A stretch of DNA of 64,000 nucleotides from Tubulanus polymorphus (taxonomy: Eukaryota > Animalia > Nemertea): positions 10,858,655 through 10,922,654 of the forward strand of contig NC_134033.1 in NCBI RefSeq assembly GCF_964204645.1. The letters are read 5' to 3'. Shown piece after piece: positions 25,208-33,825 of this stretch. The notes beneath the pieces are model-generated. The model searched no databases and was not told the DNA's origin. It worked only from the letters and a program-made list of their open reading frames with translations. The position numbers and the translations under genes were made by a program. How positions within the stretch are numbered: position 1 is the first letter of the stretch; every line of letters begins with the position of its first letter.

Positions 25208-25755
25208 AACTGTAGTTACTCATTAGAAAATGAGGTTTTTAATGTTATCGCTTCTATGGTTATTCGGATATTTGAACTCTCTTCCTAAGATCTTTTTCTT
25301 TATATATGATAACCAAGGGCTCTTAAATTTATCCCTTAGACATCAATTGAAAGATATTTTATAAAGTATTGAATTAAGTTTGGTTTGCTTTCCAGAGATA
25401 CTGTTTTAACCCAAAAGTTAATCATCCTGCGTCTAACATCTATATTCAAAGGATAACGTCCTAGCTCTGATAAAACTTGTAAGTTGCTAGAATATTTCGT
25501 CACTTTCATTAAGATTTTACAGAAGAAGCAATGGATATTTTCTAATAAATCAAGATTTTCGTATCCCCAGATCTCACGCCCATACATGGCTATTCGTATC
25601 GTATCGTATCGTTTTCGCAGTCATTGAAGAAGGCCTATTTGCCTATAAATTTGACTGCCTCGGTGTTTCGCTTAAGTTGCCAGGTATTGCCAGCACTTTG
25701 GTAATAGCGGAAAACATAACAACATCCGTGAATTCCGATAACATTCAGGTCCAAG

Positions 25756-28700
25756 TTAGTAGTGCTCGACCCGTAGTAGGAAATGCTTTTCTTGCCAGTG
25801 TTTATCGAGACGTAATTTGAAAGCATTTGTAGATGGAGCATTCACTATATCTTCCGTGAGCGAGTTCCAGTTGTTCACCACTCTGTGACGGAAGGAGTAT
25901 TTCCTGATATCCTTCTTAGCTCTCTGTTTTTGGATCTTCAGAGAGTGTCCTCTTAGATTCACTCTTCGTTGATCTCGTGGCACTAAGGAGTCTCCAGCGC
26001 GGTAGTTGTTATGAACCAGATTGTAGACAGTTATCATATCTCCTCTTGCTCTTCGATAGCTCAACGATGGAAGCTTTAGTTGTTTTAGTCTTTCGTGGTA
26101 TGGTAAATCGTACAGATGTGGTACTAATTTGGTTGCTCGTCGCTGAATTTTTTCGTAATTGTCTACATCTTTTAGTAGGTGTGGGTTGTATGCGGGGATA
26201 GCATACTCCACAATTGGTCTTACTAATGCTTTGTAGACAAGACTGAATGTTCTTTCATCTAAACGTTCAAATGATCTTTTGATCATTCCTAGGATCTTGT
26301 TACATTTATTCATTGTCGTGGAGTACTGTGCCTGAAAGGTGAGATTATCATCAACAATTATTCCCAAATCTTTCTCCTCTGGGACCGCCTTCAATTCGTG
26401 TCTTCTGTTTCCTGCATCCATAGTATACTGAAAATGTTGTCTATTTTTTCCTATGTGCATCACCACGCATTTGTCTGGGTGAAAAGTCATTTGCCACTTC
26501 TTTGCCCAGTCTGATAGTTTGTCCAGATCCTCCTGAAGTCTGTGTTGATCTTGGATGCTGTGTACGATTCTATAAATTTTTGTATCGTCAGCATACATGA
26601 GAATATAACTTTGAATTTCATCAGGGAGGTCGTTGATGTAAATGGCAAACAATAAAGGACCCAGCACGCTGCCCTGCGGTACACCACTTATCACTGGTTT
26701 AGATGTGGATGTCGCACCATTTATATTAACCACTTGGTTCCTTTCACTTAGGAAGTCTTCAATCCATTTCAAGGCTTTACCTGTGATACCACAATTTTCA
26801 ATTTTCTTTAGAAGTCGTTTGTGGGGCACTGTGTCAAACGCTTTTTGAAAGTCCAAAAAAATTACGTCAATGGATTTTTTTATTTCTAGGGCTTGTGTCC
26901 AATCATCCATTGATTTCAGTAATTGTGTGAGCGTAGATCTACCCTGTACGAATCCATGTTGGGCATCTGTTAAAACTCCATTAGTAATTAGGTGACTCAT
27001 GATGTTATCTCTTACAATGGATTCCAGGACTTTACATACAATACTAGTCAGGCTAATTGGTCTATAATTCTCCACAATATTTTTTGGGCCCTTCTTGTGG
27101 ATAGGCGTTACATTAGCTTCTTTCCATGATGTAGGTAATTTTTCTTCTTCTAAGGTTTTCCTGAAGAGAATGCTCAGTGGTTCTGCGAGCTCGTCTGCTG
27201 CTTCCTTCAAAATTTTCGGATGCAATAAGTCAGGTCCCATGCTTTTATTTTCATTCAGACCTTTCAGCTTGTTTGCAATCAGTACGGGAGTGATCTCAAT
27301 GTCATGTATTTCAGGAATTTCATTTATTTGTGCATTGGGTTCTGGTATGTGTGAGGTATCCTCTTCTGTAAATACACTTGCAAAGTATTCATTGAAGGTG
27401 TTGGCCTTGGTAATGTCCTCAGAAATGGATGTGCCATTCTTTTGTAAGTCTGGTATACTTCCTTTTGGTGATGTCTTACTGCGGCAATATCTCCAAAACG
27501 CTTTCGGATTTGTTTTTACCTCTTGGGATAGTTTCTTTTCATAGTTCTTGATTGCATTTCTTGTTTCCTTTTTTGCTAGATTCCTAGCTACTTGAAATTT
27601 CCTGTAATCTTCTCCATCTTTTGTCCTGAGATACCGCTTCCAGGCTTCGTGTTTCTTTCTAACTTTTGACATTGCTTTTCTATTCATCCATAGTGGGGAG
27701 TGCCTTTTCCATCGTGGTGCTTGATAAAGAGGAACATGTGTTCTTTCTGCTTTAAGGATATTTTCTTTAATACTTTGCCAACATGACTCCATATCCAGTT
27801 GAAGGAGGGATTCTTTTTTGAGATTGTTATTCAATTCTTTTCGTAAATTGTCGTAGTTACCACGATAGTAGTTCCGCCTTTCGGTCTTAATTGCTGTATT
27901 TCTTTCGAGTAGTATATTCAGGTTAAACATTAGACAGATGTGGTCACTTTTTCCTAGTGCAGCCATGTAATCAACCTTCTGAACTATTTCCTGGTCATTA
28001 GTGAATAGTAGATCTAGCAAACTGGGTTCCTGGTTTTCTCTAAATCTGGTTGGGTGTTTGACGTGTTGTTCGAGAAATGCATCATTACTTGCTTCCCATA
28101 GCTTTGTGGAGACATGAGTGTCTGCTTGTCTACAGTGGTTTGTTTCCCAATTAACTTCTGGTAAATTGAAATCACCACATAGTACAGTTTGATATTCCTT
28201 TAAGGTTCCTAAAGATATAATCATATCTCTGAAATGGTTGTTATTCACCAGACTGCTGTTTGGGCTTCGATAGGCGCATCCCAGGAGCAAAGGCCGTTTG
28301 TTAGAAGTATGATGAATTTCTACCCAAATTATTTCATTAGTCATTGATGCCTTCAGTCTCTCTAGAACTCGCACGGGCGGTTTACATGGTTTCATAGTAG
28401 ATCGGATGAAAACGGCGATTCCTCTTCCATCTTCCTCTATATTGGTAAATGTTTCATATTCTTCACAACCATTGAACATAACATCACTGGGGTTATATGC
28501 TAAGGTACTATATTTCGGTTTAGCTTCAGTGATGCATATAATGTCTGGATCGTGTTCGATCTTTAGGGCACTCAACTCAGGTTTTTTATTCATCATGCTA
28601 TCAGCATTAGTATATAGAACTTTAATATTTTTCTCTTGGTTTCTGTAATAACAGTTGTTTGAGTTTTTATTGTATCCTTCATTCTTTGGTGATTCTTTTT

Positions 28701-28965
28701 GATTATCTTCATTTTCATATAATATACTGTCATCTGCAGGGTTATGTGTCGGTCTGCTAGATGCAACATTCATTGACAGTTGATTATTGCGATTATTATC
28801 GAGTGATTGTTTTGGTACTAATAATTTCTTTTTCGCTGATCTATTTTGTTGATTCTTATGTAATTTGGATCTTTCATGATTCTTTCTCGTAATTTCAGTT
28901 GATGATTGGCTCCTATCATAATTTCCTGGTTTTTGTTGATTCGATTTGCAATTACTTTTTAACAT
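25756..28965 (-). CDS. CR1 ORF2p: AP-like endonuclease + reverse transcriptase (1069 aa)
   Basis: YTNADS, CITE, YRSP, GDFNLP, LDLLFT, SDH; NYRPISLTS, DFQKAFD, GVPQGS, YADD, EKDLG, RRARGDMI, RGHSLK, RVVNNWNSL. Confidence 0.96.
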   Translation of the reverse strand: MLKSNCKSNQQKPGNYDRSQSSTEITRKNHERSKLHKNQQNRSAKKKLLVPKQSLDNNRNNQLSMNVASSRPTHNPADDSILYENEDNQKESPKNEGYNKNSNNCYYRNQEKNIKVLYTNADSMMNKKPELSALKIEHDPDIICITEAKPKYSTLAYNPSDVMFNGCEEYETFTNIEEDGRGIAVFIRSTMKPCKPPVRVLERLKASMTNEIIWVEIHHTSNKRPLLLGCAYRSPNSSLVNNNHFRDMIISLGTLKEYQTVLCGDFNLPEVNWETNHCRQADTHVSTKLWEASNDAFLEQHVKHPTRFRENQEPSLLDLLFTNDQEIVQKVDYMAALGKSDHICLMFNLNILLERNTAIKTERRNYYRGNYDNLRKELNNNLKKESLLQLDMESCWQSIKENILKAERTHVPLYQAPRWKRHSPLWMNRKAMSKVRKKHEAWKRYLRTKDGEDYRKFQVARNLAKKETRNAIKNYEKKLSQEVKTNPKAFWRYCRSKTSPKGSIPDLQKNGTSISEDITKANTFNEYFASVFTEEDTSHIPEPNAQINEIPEIHDIEITPVLIANKLKGLNENKSMGPDLLHPKILKEAADELAEPLSILFRKTLEEEKLPTSWKEANVTPIHKKGPKNIVENYRPISLTSIVCKVLESIVRDNIMSHLITNGVLTDAQHGFVQGRSTLTQLLKSMDDWTQALEIKKSIDVIFLDFQKAFDTVPHKRLLKKIENCGITGKALKWIEDFLSERNQVVNINGATSTSKPVISGVPQGSVLGPLLFAIYINDLPDEIQSYILMYADDTKIYRIVHSIQDQHRLQEDLDKLSDWAKKWQMTFHPDKCVVMHIGKNRQHFQYTMDAGNRRHELKAVPEEKDLGIIVDDNLTFQAQYSTTMNKCNKILGMIKRSFERLDERTFSLVYKALVRPIVEYAIPAYNPHLLKDVDNYEKIQRRATKLVPHLYDLPYHERLKQLKLPSLSYRRARGDMITVYNLVHNNYRAGDSLVPRDQRRVNLRGHSLKIQKQRAKKDIRKYSFRHRVVNNWNSLTEDIVNAPSTNAFKLRLDKHWQEKHFLLRVEHY

Positions 28966-29041
28966 TGATTGGTTACTTTTCAGATTTTGATCATTTTTTC
29001 TTAAAAATTTTTTTGACAGTGATTTGTCTGGTTGATTGTCC

Positions 29042-30700
29042 TTATGGTTGGTTTTGGTTTGCTTGACGAAATGCCGGCGGTAATCTACTGACTATATCAT
29101 TCCCACGAATGATAAGACCTCGTTCTCCATTTTTTGTTCTTTCCTGCAGCTCTTCCCTTAATTTCTGATAGTGTTTTCTTTGGTTCATAGTTCTATCGCT
29201 GGATACAGATACCCCTGTAATAGATGGATCTCCATTTCTCCTTAATTCGATAAATCTGTTTATGATCAATTCTTTATCGAGTTCTGTAGCTAGTATTACC
29301 CGAAGTGGGCGACATTTATTTTGCTCATACCGTCCTACACGGTTCACTAATTTAGGTTTATGAAGATCTGTTAAACCTAAGCCCTGGGTGATAAATCCAT
29401 AGAGATTTTGCCACTCTTTTTTACGCCTTAATTTCACCTGTTCCTCGCTTGCTTCCTGTAAGCCATATATCAGTATATTATTTCGTCTGATTTCCGTCTC
29501 CCAAATTTCACATCGAACATCTTGGATTTCTTTGTCTATTGCTGATTTTACAGTCTCGTTTACCTCCAAGTTTCCTTGTGTAATCTGCAAGTTTACAGCT
29601 TTATTGATCATCTCATGAACTCTGTCGTCCGGGAGATTGTGATTAAGTTGCTCAATTCTGTCTCTCAATTGTGTTACGTCTGATGACAAAGAAGTGACAG
29701 TTGATTTGTCCGCTTTTTCTTCCAGTTTGTTCAGTATTCTTTCCATTGATTCATCGTAGTTCTTCAGGATCTTTTCCATCCTATCTGCGTATCTAGTGAG
29801 TCGTCCTTCATCAGTTTTTCTTCCTTTACATTCACGGCAAATTACTGCTAAGCAGCAGTCATCCATGTTTGTTAAATCAACGTCATAACCGCTTGGTAAA
29901 TTTGAGCAACTAGAGCACAAACTTTTTTCACAGAAAGTACATGTTAGTGAACTTGAGAATACAATAGGCTTCTGACATATTGAACAATAATTGTCTTCAG
30001 TAAATTCAGTATCAGGAGTGGTGTTGGCTTTTTTAACTGGTGAAATTAGTCTGGGTCTAGACGTGGCTTGACTTAGCTCATCATCTGCTTTATGGTCTTC
30101 CCTTTTTCTTTTATTTTTCTCCTGTGCATCATCGCGGGTATTTACAGTTTCTAAAATACCTGCGCTTAGTGCAGCTTCAGCTATGATGTCAGACAAAGAT
30201 TTCCTGACACTGTCTGACTTAGATTCTGGTCGCTTCTCGACATGCACAAAAAACCGTTTGCCTTTAGGTGCAGTTTCTTGGCTTATTGTACGGCTATTCG
30301 GACTTACTTGGTGTTGATCCGTTGTTGTTGTTGTAGATTGCTCAAATCTACCCCCCGTTTTTCCCCAGGACCCTATCTCATCCTCAGAATCTGACTCAGC
30401 CCAGTGGGTAAGGGGGTTCATACTTTCATTCCCTCTACTAGCCATGTCTTCGTTGTTGATTTCGGGTTCCCGCCCGACAATAAAATTCTTTCGATTTGCT
30501 TGAAACTCTTTACTCACGTTTCGACGACTTCGGGAAGGAATAAGATTTGAACTCACTTCGCTTGTGCGTTTCCTTAATTCTAAATTACACGTAGAGCTCA
30601 CTGATGGATGAGGAGGGGTATTTTCTCGTATTTCTGTTTCAACCAACTCTTCAAACAAGCTTAATCGTCTTCCAGGAATTCTAGTTTCCATAGAATCCAT
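29042..30700 (-). CDS. CR1 ORF1p: disordered N-terminus, PHD-like finger, coiled coil, L1-type RRM/CTD (552 aa)
   Basis: CSIC..CTFC...CSSC...CREC; coiled coil; RRNNILIYGLQE, RVG, RPLRV, SDRT..QR. Confidence 0.9.
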   Translation of the reverse strand: MDSMETRIPGRRLSLFEELVETEIRENTPPHPSVSSTCNLELRKRTSEVSSNLIPSRSRRNVSKEFQANRKNFIVGREPEINNEDMASRGNESMNPLTHWAESDSEDEIGSWGKTGGRFEQSTTTTTDQHQVSPNSRTISQETAPKGKRFFVHVEKRPESKSDSVRKSLSDIIAEAALSAGILETVNTRDDAQEKNKRKREDHKADDELSQATSRPRLISPVKKANTTPDTEFTEDNYCSICQKPIVFSSSLTCTFCEKSLCSSCSNLPSGYDVDLTNMDDCCLAVICRECKGRKTDEGRLTRYADRMEKILKNYDESMERILNKLEEKADKSTVTSLSSDVTQLRDRIEQLNHNLPDDRVHEMINKAVNLQITQGNLEVNETVKSAIDKEIQDVRCEIWETEIRRNNILIYGLQEASEEQVKLRRKKEWQNLYGFITQGLGLTDLHKPKLVNRVGRYEQNKCRPLRVILATELDKELIINRFIELRRNGDPSITGVSVSSDRTMNQRKHYQKLREELQERTKNGERGLIIRGNDIVSRLPPAFRQANQNQP

Positions 30701-31687
30701 TGTCGGCCATGTTGCTTAGATCAGCTGTTCTCTTTCCAGGAAGCTAGTTGGCAGGAAGCCACAAAAACTTGCTGTTTAACACCCAGTCACACTCAGAGAC
30801 TTTTCCACACACTCTCACAAAAAGAAATGTGTTAGTATATTACTAAAAAGCTGACTGGAAAAATGTGTTAGTATCCAAAAAACTGTGAAAATCCGCGGAG
30901 CTGATTTTTTACCCTGTTACCACGGCCAGCGTCACCTAGTAACTCCGGACAGCGTCACCTAGTAACTATTGGAGCAACACACACATCAAATAATTTAAAC
31001 ATCAAATCTATGGGCAATTTCAAACGTCTGCCTTTTTGAACGATCGAAAACATAGCTCTCATAGCTTTATCGTAAAGATACTTTTTGCCTTAGCAAAGTT
31101 ACCATTCCAATTAAATTTAGTGGATCGTCGCGCGCGTCGCCTGCTGGCTTAGTCAGAAACTCTGTGGTTTAATTTCACGATCGGAAATTTTCACAAACCA
31201 CGTAAGTATAAGCCACGTTGGTATAAGCCCATCCGCGATTATAAGAAGCTTACCACCAACGATTAGGTAACTAACTAACATAGTGTATGCCTAAGTAAAG
31301 GGCTCGAGGAGGCAAAATTAACCAGTTAAAAGAAGTATGTTACACAAATTTCATCTATTACCAAGGGTGGGGACGTTTTTGTGTTTTTTTAATCACGTCA
31401 AACAACCCGGCGTTACTGACTGGCTTGGAGTCCGTTCCCGCAATGTAGCGTTTCAAATTTCGACGGTTACTAGCTGTATTTAGTACAACATCGAAACAAC
31501 ACAGAAATCCGTGTCGTCACATAACACATAAATCGACTACGTAGTTCACCAAACATAAAAATCGATGACGTCTTTCACTAAAACACACAAATCGACGACG
31601 TATTTCACATCGAGTTTTTAGTAGAGATGAATTTAGGGAGTTTTTAGCGTTAAAATGCCGCCTTAAAGCGACAAAAACCAGAATCGA

Positions 31688-33379
31688 ATGGCTCTGAATC
31701 TGTATATCGTTACTTGCCGCCTCGTAATGCGGGCTAAATCGCAGAACGGTAGCGATTTGAGTGAAATCCATCGCTATTTGCCCTATTTACGACAGGCCTT
31801 GTCTTGTTGCGTGTGCTCAAATCTGATCGTAATACCGACAGGTCCCAGTAATTCCTCGTGTTTACACTATGTGTGTCGAGATTGTAGAGGCGGAAAAATG
31901 CGTTTACGCCCTTCGTGCAGTTGGTGCAAAAACCACGACGAATTCGTCGAGAATCACTTACTGCGAATAGTCGCGCAGTGTTACAAGAAATTATGCGAAT
32001 ATTTATCATCGTCACCGGATTTACTGGATCGTCTGGCAAGTTTTGGCCGATCAGAGGAGAGCGGCGCTACGACGACGGATATCGGTGAGTTAATTCGCGA
32101 AGGCGCCGCATTAAACGACTCGTTCGATAACGGGACGACCTCGCAACCGCAGCTGAACCTCAGCCAATTCGAAACGTTACGATCGTCGAACGCGTCGCAG
32201 TCGGCGCTCGCGAAAACGAAGTCTCCGTCGTCGTCGGGCGGTCGCGGTAAAAGTAGCCGCAGATTTAAATTCCGTAAAAGACTGAAAGAGAAACGAGCGG
32301 CGGCCGAGCGAGCGTCTAAAATCGACGAATCGGCGAATCGGTTAGACGGCGCTTCGGACGATTCATGCGGCGAAACGAACAAAGTGGAATTCGACGAGAT
32401 GACGAGTCATCGTTTGAATAATACGCGTAATAGTTCTACATCGGACGGTCATCGCAGTAGCAGCAGCAGCGGTGCGGGAGGGCAGCTTAATCACGTCGGT
32501 AACCGCGATGCCGGTTTAACGCCGGTCGAAAGTCCGGCGGTCGTCGAGCGCAAACAAGTCAACGACCACGTCGACGAAATAATCCGTTCGGTTACGGAAT
32601 CGGCGGCGAAATACGGCGAATCGATCGACCGGGAACGAACGAATCATCAACAAACGCGTATCCATGACAACAATCGCTTAGATACGGGATCGGTAACCGA
32701 GGAACGGTTTCCGGCGTTGCATTCGGAGTTGAATCGACGTAATTCCGGCGAGGCCGTGTCGACTAAACAAACGTTCCGGCTGGAACACGACCCGCTCGAA
32801 GCTTTGAGTCCCGAGAAAATATCGGCTCGAGTTTGCATCGAACACGACTACATGAAAGACTCGTCGACGTATTACAGCGTGACGATGTCGTCCGACACGG
32901 AACCGAAATTAACCATTCGCCGGCGACCTGTAACGGACGTTTACCCGAATAAAAAACCTCAGCTTCAAATCGACGGTATCAGTTTAGTGTCGTCATCGTC
33001 GCCGTCGGCGATGACCTTGAACAACGACGCGTACGGCGGTTTATCGGCGAAACCGCGTAAAATTCCACGCGCGCGGAAAGACAAACAGCAGAAGAAGAAG
33101 GGTTGTCGCTGCGGTACGGCTACCCCGACGCCCGGTAAATTAACGTGTTGCGGGCAGCGGTGCCCGTGTTACACGTCGTATAAACCGTGCGTCGATTGTA
33201 GCTGTCGCGGTTGTCACAATCCGCGTAAATTCCCGTCGTCGCAGCAGCAGCAGCAGCCGGTCGTGTCTACCGTAGAACCGGTAACCGGCGGCGATGAACC
33301 AGAGAGAACAAATCACCAGCAGACGCGCGTTGTTAACTCAGTCGATGAAATGGAAGACGTCGAAATTAGTGTTGTATAA
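31688..33379 (+). CDS. MSL2: E3 ubiquitin ligase male-specific lethal 2 homolog (RING + CXC), single-exon CDS
   Basis: N-terminal LPYLRQALSCCVC...CLHYVCRDC....MRLRPSCSWCK...CYKKLCEY matches the MSL2 RING region; C-terminal KKGCRCGTATPTPGKLTCCGQRCPCY....CVDCSCRGCHNP is the MSL2 CXC domain. Confidence 0.96.
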   Translation: MALNLYIVTCRLVMRAKSQNGSDLSEIHRYLPYLRQALSCCVCSNLIVIPTGPSNSSCLHYVCRDCRGGKMRLRPSCSWCKNHDEFVENHLLRIVAQCYKKLCEYLSSSPDLLDRLASFGRSEESGATTTDIGELIREGAALNDSFDNGTTSQPQLNLSQFETLRSSNASQSALAKTKSPSSSGGRGKSSRRFKFRKRLKEKRAAAERASKIDESANRLDGASDDSCGETNKVEFDEMTSHRLNNTRNSSTSDGHRSSSSSGAGGQLNHVGNRDAGLTPVESPAVVERKQVNDHVDEIIRSVTESAAKYGESIDRERTNHQQTRIHDNNRLDTGSVTEERFPALHSELNRRNSGEAVSTKQTFRLEHDPLEALSPEKISARVCIEHDYMKDSSTYYSVTMSSDTEPKLTIRRRPVTDVYPNKKPQLQIDGISLVSSSSPSAMTLNNDAYGGLSAKPRKIPRARKDKQQKKKGCRCGTATPTPGKLTCCGQRCPCYTSYKPCVDCSCRGCHNPRKFPSSQQQQQPVVSTVEPVTGGDEPERTNHQQTRVVNSVDEMEDVEISVV

Positions 33380-33537
33380 TGTTCGTTAAACGTAGTCATT
33401 TTCGTTGTTGAGTTTGTATTTATAGATCATGGTCCGAGTCTGTTATAAACTCTTAAATATTGCATATGTTCACATTCGTAAAACCATCCAGTTGTTGCCG
33501 CGGTAAAGCGGTAAAAATTAACCCACTTCGGACTCAA

Positions 33538-33825
33538 CCCTTTCAATGCGTCTACACCGCAGTGCGGTGTATGAATCGGTTATGGATTTTGCTAGTACAC
33601 CGCATTGCGGTGTATTGATATAATTAGTAATTAGCTTTTATCTCCATTGAAAGATGGCAGCACCTGTCAAACATAGTGAAATTTTAGTAACTAACGATAC
33701 ACCGTGCCGCGGTGTAGACGCGATATAGTGGTATTCCCGTTATTCAACACACTAGGGTGGAATTTTTAAAAATTTTCAAATTATCTCCAGCACTATAGGG
33801 TATTGATAAGTCAGTACTGAAAGGG
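33538..33825 (+). mobile_element. 288-bp piggyBac-type MITE in the presumed MSL2 3' UTR
   Basis: CCCTTTCA...TGAAAGGG termini with decayed TTAA flanks (TCAA/TAAA); second copy inverted at 47821-48108. Confidence 0.85.

Larger units (their letters stand above)
23316..25293. mobile_element. Penelope-like element (RT C-terminus + GIY-YIG endonuclease) inserted as two 5'-truncated copies in inverted, tails-outward orientation
   Basis: Left copy (-) has YLRYVDDIF, LPFLD, VYRK, YIGKTKRHLAIRIKEH and REALFIK..PSLN (ORF 23532-24386). Right copy (+) is ORF 24632-25051. Arms 23312-24060 and 24523-25271. TSD TTTTCTTTATAT at 23304-15 and 25294-305. Confidence 0.95.
25595..30965 (-). mobile_element. Intact full-length CR1-clade LINE
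   Basis: Two uninterrupted ORFs, a (CGATA)n 3' tail at 25595-25611, and a 5-bp TSD CTATT (25590-94 and 30966-70). Confidence 0.95.
22677..31120 (-). mobile_element. Host RTEX-like LINE 3' fragment split into three pieces (22677-23315, 25294-25594, 30966-~31120) by two later insertions
   Basis: Removing the inserts restores VAPIAMYGREIWGY and PWLSYIKKTFDDCGLSFIW. C-terminal RICPTCNTLGDESHFLFDC; (AATCGT)n tail after AATAAA near 22677-22700. Confidence 0.85.

Noticed and set aside
25977-28648. Plus-strand ORFs inside CR1, and minus-strand ORFs inside MSL2 (31734-32838)
   Set aside because: Antisense shadows of long real ORFs with no independent features.
30880-30965. HDV-like ribozyme at the CR1 5' end
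   Set aside because: I could not build the nested double pseudoknot by eye; a motif search would be needed.
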